Shown in pieces: positions 35,595-45,314 of a stretch of 47,656 bases of DNA. Below the pieces are notes generated by a model, which had not been told where the DNA came from, did no database searches, and saw only the letters and a program-made list of their open reading frames with translations. The stretch spans positions 1 to 47,656 of IMG/VR virus record IMGVR_UViG_3300037419_001718; one strand, written 5' to 3'. Source of the DNA: a virus. Taxonomy: Duplodnaviria; Caudoviricetes. The position numbers and the translations under genes were made by a program. Each line of letters begins with the position of its first letter. Within the stretch, counting starts at the first letter, position 1.

Positions 35595-35690
35595 AAGTTG
35601 AGTCTGCTCCGGGTTGCCCCCGGAGAGCTGGCGGATGCCGAGGGGCCTACGGGCCGACTACCTTCGGGCGAGCGCGCGTCGCGGCCAGCC

Positions 35691-35885
35691 TCAGGTGTTC
35701 TCGACCTCGTGGACGCCGTACACGCCGAGGAAGCCGACGATCGACTCGACCACGGTGCGCACGTCCAGCTCGTGGCCCAGGTTCGCGGTGACGATGACAC
35801 CCGCGATGCCGAGCAGGCCAGCGATCAGCTTCCGCCTCGACGCGAGGAACGAGGCGATGGACTTGTCGGTGAGCACGTCGCTCAT
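35691..35885 (-). CDS. Holin-like protein (2 TM)
   Basis: 64 aa, RRKLIAGLLGIAGVIV and IVGFLGVYGV; AAGGGAG RBS. Confidence 0.7.
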   Translation of the reverse strand: MSDVLTDKSIASFLASRRKLIAGLLGIAGVIVTANLGHELDVRTVVESIVGFLGVYGVHEVENT

Positions 35886-36124
35886 GTGACTCCCTTGATG
35901 GTTCCGAAGATGGTGGCGCCGACGCCGACCACGCCCACCAGCGAGCCGAACGCCCACTTCATGGCGCGGAACGCGCGGTCGTGCTGGTCCTGGATCTGGT
36001 TGAGGCGGGTCTCGACCTCCGGCCGGGGCATGTAGCCCTGGGTCACCTCAACGCGCAGCGCATCCACCTTGCCGTCCAGGCGGTTGAGCATCTGGACAAT
36101 GATCGAGTTCTCGCCGTCATTCAT
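35882..36124 (-). CDS. Small membrane protein (coiled coil + C-terminal TM), lysis accessory
   Basis: MNDGENSIIVQMLNRLDGKVD...WAFGSLVGVVGVGATIF; ATGA coupling. Confidence 0.7.
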   Translation of the reverse strand: MNDGENSIIVQMLNRLDGKVDALRVEVTQGYMPRPEVETRLNQIQDQHDRAFRAMKWAFGSLVGVVGVGATIFGTIKGVT

Positions 36125-37995
36125 GCGGTCGTCCTCAGGATGATCTGGAGGACGCCGCCCGTCCCCGGTGTGGCGTCGCCAGGGTCCGACCCCTGGATCA
36201 AGGTGAGCTTCTCGATGACGCAGGTGACGGCCTGCGGGAACAGCGACGGGGCGGACACGGTGATCTCCGAGCCCACCTCCTCCAGCCGCTCCAGCTCGGT
36301 CAGCCGGTCCAGCGCCCAGCCGGGGTAGCCGACGGTGACGCGGGAGCGGGTGACTTCGTAGTCGGCGAGGATCACCGGCAGCGCGATCAGTCGCTGCCGG
36401 GGTGCGGCGGGCAGGCCCTTGACCACGTACGAGGACAGCTCGGCGCCCTCGGAGAAGTCGAACCGCAGCGCCAGCCATTCGGAGGCGCGGGCCCGCAGCC
36501 CGAACTGCTGGGAGTTCACCATGCCCACGTAGATGCTGGTGAAGCCCGGGTCGCCGGGCTGCTGGATGGACACGCCGATCGGGGCGGTGTCGCCGTAGGT
36601 GCCCCGGATGTCGGCGTAGAGCCAGTGCTTGTCCTCGACGGTGCCCATGCGGATGCGGGCGGTCTCCAGCCAGGCGGCGTCCGCCGGGTCGGTGGTGTCG
36701 TTCTCGGTGACCTGGCCGTGGCTGGTGACGCCCATGACCTTGTGCCCGGCCGCGTTGACGAACGCGATCGAGGACACCGCCTCGGTCCAGGTGCCGGTGG
36801 GGAACACCAGGTCCGGCGCCCAGGCGAAGTGGCCCAGGTTGTCCAGCGGCGCGGACAGGTCGACGCGGACCAGCGCGGTCTCGCCGTTGACCCGGGTGCC
36901 GCCGTACACGTACCGGTCGAACCCGCCGATCGCGCTGACCGGCGCCTCGGTGGTGACGGTCAGCGGGCCGAGGGAGACGGTGCCGTAGAAGGAGTCGAAC
37001 CGGCACACCCGGATGCCCCGGTCGGTGCCGAGGATCAGCTGGGAGCCCAGGTAGTAGCAGGTGGACAGGACGCGCTCGCCCAGCGGCATGGACAGCAGCG
37101 CCGTCCCGGCCCCCAGGACGGGCGTGGAGGCGCCGGTCTGGGTGAGGGCGAACACGAACACCCCGGAGGAGATGCCCGCGTACCCGGCGGCCAGGATGCC
37201 GCCGGGCCCGTCGGAGAACGCCGACCAGGTCCAGGTGGACACCGGGTGCGTCATCAGCTCGGTGGGCAGCGTGGGGCCGGGCTGGTCCAGGGAGTACACC
37301 TTGGGCCCGTGGCCGAGCATCAGCCGGGACTTGACCCAGTCGAGTCGCATCGGCACGTCCGTGCCCGGCAGGTCGTACAGCTTGGTCGCGGCCGAGGTTC
37401 CCGCGATCGGCGCCGTGTAGACGCCGTCGATGGCCGCCACGTAGTAGTTGACCCCGTCGATGGCGAACGCCTTGACCGGGTTGAGCGTGGTGATGTTCCG
37501 GGTGGTCCAGGTCGTGCCGTCGTAGACCTCCACGGCGCCGGGGCGGGCGAGGATCAGCCCGCCGGTGTCGTCGGTGGGCAGCACCACGCACCACTCCCCG
37601 GCCGGTGCGGTCCGGCCCAGGGTGGTGCCGTTGAGCCGGGACACCTTGCCCGGCGTCCACACGTCCACGTTGCGGGACGTCTTGAACCGCAGCCGGTCCT
37701 CCGGCTGCGGGCGCGCGGTGGTGTCCAGGTAGTCCAGCCCGGCGCCGAAGTGGAAGCTCATCTGCGAGCGGGTCCACCATCCGGCCAGGGACTGCTCCCC
37801 GGCCTCGGGCTGCTGGTCAACCTGGTCGCGCTGGAACTGCGCGGTCTCCCGCTGGTAGGGGTTGTCCTTGGTGATCCGCAGCCAGAACGGCAGCCGCTCG
37901 ATCAGGACATCGACATCGGAGGGGGGGACGCCGACGGCGCCTCCCGCCCCCACCGGGAGCGGGAGGTCGCCGCCGACCAGGTCGACGAGGGCCAT
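36121..37995 (-). CDS. Tail protein (tubular B/nozzle-like, beta-rich)
   Basis: 624 aa beta-propeller-like composition, position in tail block. Confidence 0.6.
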   Translation of the reverse strand: MALVDLVGGDLPLPVGAGGAVGVPPSDVDVLIERLPFWLRITKDNPYQRETAQFQRDQVDQQPEAGEQSLAGWWTRSQMSFHFGAGLDYLDTTARPQPEDRLRFKTSRNVDVWTPGKVSRLNGTTLGRTAPAGEWCVVLPTDDTGGLILARPGAVEVYDGTTWTTRNITTLNPVKAFAIDGVNYYVAAIDGVYTAPIAGTSAATKLYDLPGTDVPMRLDWVKSRLMLGHGPKVYSLDQPGPTLPTELMTHPVSTWTWSAFSDGPGGILAAGYAGISSGVFVFALTQTGASTPVLGAGTALLSMPLGERVLSTCYYLGSQLILGTDRGIRVCRFDSFYGTVSLGPLTVTTEAPVSAIGGFDRYVYGGTRVNGETALVRVDLSAPLDNLGHFAWAPDLVFPTGTWTEAVSSIAFVNAAGHKVMGVTSHGQVTENDTTDPADAAWLETARIRMGTVEDKHWLYADIRGTYGDTAPIGVSIQQPGDPGFTSIYVGMVNSQQFGLRARASEWLALRFDFSEGAELSSYVVKGLPAAPRQRLIALPVILADYEVTRSRVTVGYPGWALDRLTELERLEEVGSEITVSAPSLFPQAVTCVIEKLTLIQGSDPGDATPGTGGVLQIILRTTA

Positions 37996-37998
37996 CAG

Positions 37999-38721
37999 CT
38001 ACAGCCCCAGCTTGGCCCGGGTCTTGGGGCCGACGATGCCGTCCACGACCAGCCCGGAGCGGGACTGGAACTCGCGGACCCAGGCGTCGGTGATCCTGCC
38101 GAACACGCCGTCCACGACCAGGCTGCCGTGCTCGTGCCGGTAGGCCGGGTACTGCACGGCCAGGGCCTTCTGCAGCCCGGCCACGTCGGCGCCGGTGTCG
38201 CCGCGCTTGAGGTTGCGCGGGCCGGGCGCCGGGCGCGGCGCGGGCACCGGCAGCGGCGCCGGAGGCGGCGTCGGGTGGCCCTGCAGGCTGGCCCACAGCG
38301 CGTCCAGCTGGGCGAGGGTGACCCCGTCGTTGACCTCGAAGTGCATGCCGTCCTTGCGGCCGGTGTAGTCGCCGCCCCAGCGGATCAGCCCGTGCGTGTC
38401 GCCGACGATCCGGTGGATGGCGGCGATCTCGGCGGCGGTGTAGTTGGCGGTCGGCTCGGTGCCCAGCGGGTGCAGCGGCGCGTCGAGGTCCAGCGCGGTG
38501 CCGCTGGCGTGGTTGCTGATGACGGTCGAGCCGATGATGTTGCGGTGCGCGTAGCCCCAGCAGCCGGGCCAGACCAGGTGCTGCACCTCGTTGTGGTACC
38601 GGGTGCCGACCCAGGCCAGCACGGCGCCGGGCGACCCGGCGTGCAGCGACACGGTGCCGCCCGGCAGGGCGAAGTGGGCGAGGACCGGGTCGACGGCCCA
38701 GCCGTTCTGCGATGCGGTCAC
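37999..38721 (-). CDS. Endolysin: M15-type Zn peptidase + peptidoglycan-binding domain
   Basis: SQNGW start, SNHASGTALD, DGMHFE; LKRGDTGADV..LQ...DGVFG..T...FQ...DGIVGPKT. Confidence 0.92.
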   Translation of the reverse strand: MTASQNGWAVDPVLAHFALPGGTVSLHAGSPGAVLAWVGTRYHNEVQHLVWPGCWGYAHRNIIGSTVISNHASGTALDLDAPLHPLGTEPTANYTAAEIAAIHRIVGDTHGLIRWGGDYTGRKDGMHFEVNDGVTLAQLDALWASLQGHPTPPPAPLPVPAPRPAPGPRNLKRGDTGADVAGLQKALAVQYPAYRHEHGSLVVDGVFGRITDAWVREFQSRSGLVVDGIVGPKTRAKLGL

Positions 38722-38731
38722 GGGTGTCCTA

Positions 38732-40150
38732 TCAGTCGATGGGGAACAGGCCGGAGCCGTAGATGGAGTTGCCCGCCTGGCCGTCGATGTTGATCTGCGC
38801 GGTGCCGTCGGTGAGCACGGAGAACATGCCGTCGGTGACGCCGTCGGTGCTGTCCTTGGTGAACCGGGTCACGTAGGTGGCGGACGGCCGGGCCCCGACC
38901 GGGAAGGTGAAGACCTGGATGCCGCCGGACCCGGCCGACCAGCCCGTCGCGCGGGACAGCCGGAAGCGGAAGTGGCAGTAGCCGTCGGCGATCCGGTACT
39001 GGGTCTGGTGGCCGTTGGTGGTCACCGTGGTGAACGGGCTCAGCGGGGTGAGCGCCAGCCAGCCGGAGTCCCCGGCGTGCCGGTTCCAGGCCGTGCCGGT
39101 CCAGTGCCACATCACGCCCGGGTCGGTCTGCCAGACCATGAACCCGCCGTGCAGGAGCGCCGAGTAGGTGGTGGAGATGGCGTCGCGGCCGGTCTGGTCG
39201 GCCACGATCGGCGCGGCCCCGGCCTGCCGCCAGGCGGTGCCGTTGTAGCGCAGCGTGCAGCCCAGGCCGGTGTGCTGGAACTCGTCGCCGTTGAGGACGC
39301 CGGTCGAGGGGAGCACGGTGCCCGCGCCCCAGAACACCGGCAGCCGCACGGCGGCGGTGGTGGCGCCGGTGCGGAAGTACAGCCCGCCGTCGGTCTGCGC
39401 CCACAGGCGGCCCTTGGAGGCCACCCCCGCAGGCGCGGCGATCTGGGCGAGCACCAGGTCGGCGGTGGACTCCACCCCGACGCCCTTGAGCAGCCCGGAG
39501 CCGGTGACGGTGGTGGCGGCCACGGCCGCCCCGGTCAGCGTGCCGGTGACGGTCAGCGTGCCGCCCACGCTCACGTTGCCCGTGAAGGCCCCTGAGGAGG
39601 CCGTCAGCGCGTCGAGAGTGGTGGGGTGGCCTGAGGGGACCACCAGGCCCCCCGAGGCCGTCAGGAGCCCGCTCAGGCCGATGGTGCCCCCAACGGTGGC
39701 GTTGCCCGTCACGGACAGCGCGGCCATCGAGGTGGTGCCGGTCATCGTCGCCGAGGCGATCGTCGGCGAGGTCAGCGTCTTGTTCGTCAGCGTCTGGGCG
39801 TCCGAGGTGCCGACCACCGCGCCGGACGTGCCGTGCACGCCCGAGGTCGCGTTGACGTGGGTGTTGGCCTCGTCGTAGTCCTTGGCGATCGTCACGTGCA
39901 GGAACGACGCCCCGGCCGCGTGACTCTTGGCCGTCGTGCCGTCGTAGCCCCGGGTCACCGTCACCGTCGACCCGGAGACCACCGTGACCAGCACGATCTC
40001 CTCGTCGGTCTCGCCGCGCGAGATCGCCGCCGTGAAGTCCGCCGCCGGGTAGTCCGAGAAGCTGGTCAGCGAGAACGTGGTGTCCACGGCCGTGATGCCC
40101 GAGGTCAGCGTGGCCTCGGTCGCCGTGTTCGAGTAGTGCCGAACGGTCAC
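38732..40150 (-). CDS. Tail fibre protein
   Basis: Thr/Gly-rich, VVGTSDAQTLTNKTL repeat, C-terminal DSGW..L...YR.....F.FPVGARP receptor-binding-like domain. Confidence 0.75.
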   Translation of the reverse strand: MTVRHYSNTATEATLTSGITAVDTTFSLTSFSDYPAADFTAAISRGETDEEIVLVTVVSGSTVTVTRGYDGTTAKSHAAGASFLHVTIAKDYDEANTHVNATSGVHGTSGAVVGTSDAQTLTNKTLTSPTIASATMTGTTSMAALSVTGNATVGGTIGLSGLLTASGGLVVPSGHPTTLDALTASSGAFTGNVSVGGTLTVTGTLTGAAVAATTVTGSGLLKGVGVESTADLVLAQIAAPAGVASKGRLWAQTDGGLYFRTGATTAAVRLPVFWGAGTVLPSTGVLNGDEFQHTGLGCTLRYNGTAWRQAGAAPIVADQTGRDAISTTYSALLHGGFMVWQTDPGVMWHWTGTAWNRHAGDSGWLALTPLSPFTTVTTNGHQTQYRIADGYCHFRFRLSRATGWSAGSGGIQVFTFPVGARPSATYVTRFTKDSTDGVTDGMFSVLTDGTAQINIDGQAGNSIYGSGLFPID

Positions 40151-40151
40151 C

Positions 40152-41048
40152 TCAGCCCCTCCTGAGCAGCTGGATCGGGTACATGGCGTTGAGCTTGTTC
40201 AGCTCGCCGGTCAGGGCCTGGGTGTAGAGCGCCTGGTAGAAGCGGGAGATGTTGATCGCCGACCCGGCCGGAACCTTGTCCGCGCGGTCGGCCGCCTCCA
40301 CCGTCATCACCTGCGTGCGGGCCAGCTCCTGGCCGAGGATCAGCCGGGCGATCGTGCCGAACACGACCGCGTCCCCGGTGGACTCCTGCAGGCCGGTGGT
40401 CGCGGCGAACTCGTCGGCCTCGTCGACCAGCGCCCCCGGCTCGGCGGCGATGGTCACCTGCACGGTCATCATCGCCTGGTTGGCGTCCAGCTCGATCAGC
40501 TTCTGCCCGGCCACGGTGCGCACCGTCCAGTCGCGCAGCACGTGCCGGTCCCCGACAAACGTCGGTGACGGAATCGTCGCGTCCACCCGCAGGACCCGGA
40601 TCGTGTCGTCCGGCAGCGGATAGCCCAGGCCGACGAAGCCCTGCGTCTGGATCGGGTCCAGGTCGCGGGGCGCGTACAGCGGCGGGCACGCCGCGCGCAC
40701 CGTCTCGTTGATCGCGTCCCCCACCCGCTTGCGCGGGAACCGGGGCCGCACCGTGACCATCGACCCGGCGGCGTGCGCCGCCGCCACCGTCGACCGGTGC
40801 CCCCGACCCCACGGCGTCAGCTGCGCCTTGCCCGAGGCCGGGTCGAACCGGGACACCACCAGCAGCTCGCGGTCGATCTCCACGATGCCGTTGGGCCGGG
40901 CCGCGCCCGGCTGGTCGCCGAAGTCGAAGATGGCCTCGGTGCCGTCGGCGGCCAGGTCCGCCGTCAGCGTGCCCATCGTGGGCACGTCCACGAACCCGTG
41001 CAGCAGCGAGATGATCTCATCGGTCAGGTCGCCGAACGTCCTAGGCAT
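40152..41048 (-). CDS. Tail adaptor/tubular A-like protein
   Basis: 298 aa between head accessory genes and fibre. Confidence 0.55.
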   Translation of the reverse strand: MPRTFGDLTDEIISLLHGFVDVPTMGTLTADLAADGTEAIFDFGDQPGAARPNGIVEIDRELLVVSRFDPASGKAQLTPWGRGHRSTVAAAHAAGSMVTVRPRFPRKRVGDAINETVRAACPPLYAPRDLDPIQTQGFVGLGYPLPDDTIRVLRVDATIPSPTFVGDRHVLRDWTVRTVAGQKLIELDANQAMMTVQVTIAAEPGALVDEADEFAATTGLQESTGDAVVFGTIARLILGQELARTQVMTVEAADRADKVPAGSAINISRFYQALYTQALTGELNKLNAMYPIQLLRRG

Positions 41049-41259
41049 CGGCGGCCTCGATCGCCGCCCGCACCTGCGACAGGTGCGTGCCCTCGGGCTG
41101 CAGGCCCTGGCGCCGGGCGTCGGCGTAGGCGTTCAGCCGGGCGTCGGTGTAACGCTTCACGCCCGAGCCCAGGTCGCCGATCTGGAGGCGGGCCGCGCGG
41201 GCGCACTCCCCCCAGCTGGCGTGATCCTGCGACGGGCAGCCGGAACGGCAGTTGCTCAC
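41041..41259 (-). CDS. Small Cys/His virion-module protein
   Basis: CRSGCPSQDHASWGEC; GTGA coupling. Confidence 0.7.
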   Translation of the reverse strand: MSNCRSGCPSQDHASWGECARAARLQIGDLGSGVKRYTDARLNAYADARRQGLQPEGTHLSQVRAAIEAADA

Positions 41260-41594
41260 GTGGCCCCCAGGTCGGTGATGTAGGAGCCGAGGCCGCCCGC
41301 GATCAGGGCCGCCCGCTCGTCGGAGTTGATGAGGTAGGTGGACCCGCCGCGCCAGTAGTGCAGGGCGCCCACCAGCTGCTCCGGCGCCGGAGACAGCTGC
41401 GTGTGCCACACCCCGTCGGCGTCCTGCCACACGGACTGGCCGTAGGGGATGATCCCGCGCAGGCCGCGCCCGGCGATCGGGATCACCACCTCGACGGTGG
41501 GCGGGGCGAACTGCCACGGGCCGGAGCCGTCGGGCACGCCGGGCCACAGGGTGACGCCCGGATACAGCTCCGGGCCGGGGTAGGGGCCGGTCAC
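41256..41594 (-). CDS. Hypothetical structural-module protein, 112 aa
   Basis: AGGAG RBS, GTGA coupling. Confidence 0.65.
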   Translation of the reverse strand: MTGPYPGPELYPGVTLWPGVPDGSGPWQFAPPTVEVVIPIAGRGLRGIIPYGQSVWQDADGVWHTQLSPAPEQLVGALHYWRGGSTYLINSDERAALIAGGLGSYITDLGAT

Positions 41595-43126
41595 GGGTTG
41601 CTCCTGATCTCCAGCGGCTGGAGCACCCCGCCGATGCACACGCGGGTGACCACCGGCAGCACCGTCACGTTGACCGTGTCCGAGGCGGTGGCGCCGCCGT
41701 TGTCGGTGACCGTGTAGGTGGCGGTCAGCGTCTCCCCGGCGATCGAGCCCCGGACCTTCGCCGTCGCCGTGGCCGAGGTCTGCCCGGTGAGGAACGTGAA
41801 CCCGGTGCCCGACCAGGCGCGGGAGGCGATGGTGCCGTCCGAGTCCGAGTCGGTGCCGCTCAGCGTGACCACGCTGTACGGCTCCACGCCGGTCTGATCC
41901 GCCCCGGCGTTGCACGTGGGCGCGACGTTCGCGGGCGGGGTGAGGTTGACGTTGTCGACCAGCGCCGGGCCGGTCGTGCCCGACCCGCCGCAGCCGATGA
42001 TGGCCTTCATCGCGGTGAACGGGACGCTGGACGAGGCCACCGTGGCGAACTGCGTCCACGTCAGCCCGTCGGGGCTGTAGTCCCAGAAGAACGACGTGGA
42101 CGACTGGCGGATGCGCCACCACTTGTGCGTCGCCGCGACGTAGGGCGTGGTCGCCAGCACCGTCTGCGTGCCGGTGCTGTTGTTCCAGTACGCCCGCAGC
42201 GTCGAGCCCAGCACCTCGATCGACAGCGAGTTCTTGTTGGTCGCGTTGGTGCCCGAGTCGTACAGGCTGAGGAACGTCTCCGGGCTGCCGGTGCCGCCCT
42301 GGACGGCCTGCACCACCTGGAGCAGCAGCGCCGACCCGGTGAGGTCGTAGCTCGACGCGGAGGTGATGGCGCCGGTGAACGAGCTGTTCCCGGTGAACGA
42401 CGCCTGCCCGCCGCTGACGGCCGCCGCCGCGCCCCAGGTCCACTTGGTGGTGTCCTTGGTGGCGAAGTCGTCGGTCAGGGTCGACATCGGGGTGGTCAGG
42501 CCACCGGGGAAGCCGGTGTTGTTCACCACCAGCTCGTCGAAGTGCAGCGTGCAGGTGGCCGCGTTGACCACCCCGGCCTGCCAGCCGGACACGGTGGTCA
42601 GGCCGTTGTTGGCGTTGGTCACCACGCCGGAGTCGTAGTCGGCGGTCGTGCCGTTCTGGTTGGCCCCGACGAACACCTTGACCTGGGCCTGGCTGGTCGC
42701 GGCGTTGACCATCAGCCCGATGCGCAGCATCGTCCCGGCCGCCACCAGCCCGCTGCCGCTGATCGCCACCTGGGTGGCGTTGGCGTTGCGCACCTGCACG
42801 GCCCCGGCCGTGGTCAGCCGGACCTCGCACACCGTCGAGCTGCCGCTGCGGATCTGGAAGATCGACGTGGACGCGGAGGGCAGCGTCTCCACGTACACGT
42901 ACACCCGGGCCCACACCTGCCCGGTGGCGGTCCAGGTGTTCAGCCCGTTGATCTGCGAGGCGGAGCCGGTGGCGACCACCTTGGCGGCGGTCGCGCCGGT
43001 CGAGCCGACCGGGATGTGCGCGTTGGAGAACGTCCACGTGCCCGACACCAGATTCAGCCCGGTGTTGGCCGAGGTCATCGCCGTGCCGTTGGTGCCCTCC
43101 GCCGTGAACGTGGCGAGAGTTGTCAC
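41591..43126 (-). CDS. Virion appendage protein: lectin/ConA-like beta domains + PKD/Ig-like domain
   Basis: Thr/Ser/Gly-rich beta composition; NVAPTCNAGADQT..VTLSG..SDSDGTI...YTVTDNGGA. Confidence 0.7.
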   Translation of the reverse strand: MTTLATFTAEGTNGTAMTSANTGLNLVSGTWTFSNAHIPVGSTGATAAKVVATGSASQINGLNTWTATGQVWARVYVYVETLPSASTSIFQIRSGSSTVCEVRLTTAGAVQVRNANATQVAISGSGLVAAGTMLRIGLMVNAATSQAQVKVFVGANQNGTTADYDSGVVTNANNGLTTVSGWQAGVVNAATCTLHFDELVVNNTGFPGGLTTPMSTLTDDFATKDTTKWTWGAAAAVSGGQASFTGNSSFTGAITSASSYDLTGSALLLQVVQAVQGGTGSPETFLSLYDSGTNATNKNSLSIEVLGSTLRAYWNNSTGTQTVLATTPYVAATHKWWRIRQSSTSFFWDYSPDGLTWTQFATVASSSVPFTAMKAIIGCGGSGTTGPALVDNVNLTPPANVAPTCNAGADQTGVEPYSVVTLSGTDSDSDGTIASRAWSGTGFTFLTGQTSATATAKVRGSIAGETLTATYTVTDNGGATASDTVNVTVLPVVTRVCIGGVLQPLEIRSNP

Positions 43127-43133
43127 AGGGCTC

Positions 43134-44486
43134 CTATCCCGTCAGCGGCATCGCGGTCATGTACGGCGCCCAGACGCTCCACAGCGGAGAGCCGGTGCCG
43201 TCGGTGTACGGGGAGTAGTGGCCGTTCTTCGCGGCGTGCGTGTTCTGCCCGAAGCCCTGGTTCCAGTTGGCGCCCGAGACGCCCTCCCACAGCAGGCACA
43301 CCTTGGGCGGGGTGCCGCCGGTCATGCCGCCGCCCGCGAGGAACAGCGCCAGCGTGTCGGTGTGCCACTTCTTGCGGCCGACCTCGTTGGTGTCCCAGTT
43401 CCGCAGCGGGGTGTTGACCTCCAAGATCCCCCACGAGTCGGCGTAGCCGTTGCGCTCGATGAGGTCGAACATGTTGGAGTAGCGGATCGACGGCACCGGG
43501 TACGTGGTGTCGTACATGGTTCCGGTGGCCGGGCCGCCGTAGGCGTTCGACCCCGACGGGCTGGTGTTCTGCCCCGGGTTGCCGTAGGCGTCCATCGCCA
43601 GGATGTCGCAATGCGTGCCCTTGGGCGGCACCCACGCGTCGTCCCAGGTCGAGGTCTTGACCGGGTAGTTCATGCCGCCAGCGGTCTGGTAGTCCATGAA
43701 GCAGGCGGTGATGTACACCTTGACCCCGGCCGCCAGGGTGGCCGAGTTCTTGGCCTGCATCATGTACTTGTAGGTGTTGACGAAGTTGGTCGGGTTGACC
43801 TCCATGCCACCGGAGCTGTTGGGCTCGTGGTGGTACACCCAGAACACGACCCACCCGGCGGGGATGTCCTCCAGGAAGGAGACCATGTCGGCGATGGCGG
43901 CGCCGGAGGCCAGCTCCGCCTCGGTCCAGTTGCCGCCCGCCTTGAAGGAGATGACCACCCGCTTCTCCGGGCAGGTGGCGGTGGTCGGCGTGAAGTTCGG
44001 GGTGAGCCCCGTGGCGGCCGGGATGTACACCCGCACCACCGGCGCGCGGCCGGAGAACTGCCCCTTCTTCCCGGTCATCGAGTCGATCGACCGGTCCCCG
44101 GCGCTGGTGTTGGTGGCCGAGTTGAACCCGAAGTACGTGGCCACCTCGGTGGTGCCCGCCTTCGCGGGCACGGCCGTGGCGATGTTCGACGGGCCGGAGA
44201 TGCCGACGCCGTTGACCGCGTAGACCTGGAAGTTGTACGTGACCCCGTTGGTCAGCCCGGTGACGGTGGTCGACGTGCCCGAGGCGGTGGCCGCCACCGT
44301 GTTGAGGTTGACCCGCTTGATCTGGTAGGTCACGCCGGGCGTGGTCGAGGCCACCCAGGACAGCGCGACCTGGGAGTCCTCGGCGGTGGCGGTCAGCGTG
44401 CCGGGAGCGTTCGGCGGCGCGGCGAGGGTGCGGCCCTTCTGGACCAGCACCCCGCTGACGACCGTGCGAACGCCGACCAGGGTCAC
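43134..44486 (-). CDS. Fibronectin type III + GH26-like (clan GH-A) glycoside hydrolase
   Basis: FN3: PNAPGTL...LSW...TVTGLTNGVTYNFQVYAVN; GH: YHHEPN, DILAMDAY, WGILEV; GTG 44486 couples to upstream TGA. Confidence 0.72.
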   Translation of the reverse strand: MTLVGVRTVVSGVLVQKGRTLAAPPNAPGTLTATAEDSQVALSWVASTTPGVTYQIKRVNLNTVAATASGTSTTVTGLTNGVTYNFQVYAVNGVGISGPSNIATAVPAKAGTTEVATYFGFNSATNTSAGDRSIDSMTGKKGQFSGRAPVVRVYIPAATGLTPNFTPTTATCPEKRVVISFKAGGNWTEAELASGAAIADMVSFLEDIPAGWVVFWVYHHEPNSSGGMEVNPTNFVNTYKYMMQAKNSATLAAGVKVYITACFMDYQTAGGMNYPVKTSTWDDAWVPPKGTHCDILAMDAYGNPGQNTSPSGSNAYGGPATGTMYDTTYPVPSIRYSNMFDLIERNGYADSWGILEVNTPLRNWDTNEVGRKKWHTDTLALFLAGGGMTGGTPPKVCLLWEGVSGANWNQGFGQNTHAAKNGHYSPYTDGTGSPLWSVWAPYMTAMPLTG

Positions 44487-45244
44487 GGCGTGACGTGATG
44501 CTCGTCGTAGTCGAGCATCCCCGTGCCGCCGACAGAGGGGGCGGGGTCGGCGCCCTGCCAGATGAACATGACGTCGGTGCGCGACGTCGGCCGGGTCGGC
44601 CACACGCCAGCGGTCTTCACCACGCGCCCGACCGAGCCTGCGGGCATGTCGGCCCAGCTGATGCTGGTCAGCCCGCCGGTCGCCGCGTCGATGGTGATCG
44701 TGTTGCCCGCGTCGTTGTACGTGATGGTGACCGAGTCGCCCGCGACGAGGGCGGCGGCGACGGCGTCGACCGCGTTCTCGTCGGTGTACCGGCCGGACAG
44801 GTCGGCGTACGCGCCGGTGGTGGCGACGGTGGCCAGGCCCGCGAGCTTGGCCCGCTCGTCCGCCGTCATGATCTTGTTGACGGTGCCGTCGGCCAGCTTG
44901 TCGGCGGAGATCGCCGCGCCCGTGGCGACCTTGGCATCCGTTACCGAACCGTTACCGGGAGTGGCCACGATCGGCCCGCCCGCCACCGTCGGCTGCGTGG
45001 CGAAGTTCCAGTTGCCCGACGGGTTCACCGTCGGCGCGGCGTTGACCCCGCTGACCACCCGGGCGTCGATCGCCGCCTGGGTCTGCGAGCCAGCGGCGTT
45101 GGCCAGCGTGGCGACCGCGCCGTCCAGCTCGTCATCCTGCACCGAGGCGTTGATGCCGTCCTCGATGTGCCCCAGGCGCGCAGCGGTGATCGGCGTGCCG
45201 CCGTCGACCCCGTCCGCCCAGGACTGTTCCGCGTATCCGCTCAT
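44483..45244 (-). CDS. Fibre-like minor structural protein
   Basis: GTPITAARLGHIEDGI N-terminal motif, VATTGAYADLSG repeat. Confidence 0.65.
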   Translation of the reverse strand: MSGYAEQSWADGVDGGTPITAARLGHIEDGINASVQDDELDGAVATLANAAGSQTQAAIDARVVSGVNAAPTVNPSGNWNFATQPTVAGGPIVATPGNGSVTDAKVATGAAISADKLADGTVNKIMTADERAKLAGLATVATTGAYADLSGRYTDENAVDAVAAALVAGDSVTITYNDAGNTITIDAATGGLTSISWADMPAGSVGRVVKTAGVWPTRPTSRTDVMFIWQGADPAPSVGGTGMLDYDEHHVTP

Positions 45245-45262
45245 GGTTCCTTCCTGGGCACG

Positions 45263-45304
45263 CCGAGCGACCCGGCCCGGGAGTAGTCGGGCCGGGTCGC
45301 TCGG
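45263..45304 (-). terminator. 17-bp stem hairpin after the capsid gene
   Basis: CCGAGCGACCCGGCCCG / CGGGCCGGGTCGCTCGG. Confidence 0.75.
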
Positions 45305-45314
45305 GTGGGGTTGG

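Noticed and set aside
35594-35690. HDV-like ribozyme on the minus strand (GGCTGGC/GCCAGCT P1-like helix)
   Set aside because: No GG after P1 for P1.1, and no canonical P3/L3 or P2 pairing could be built
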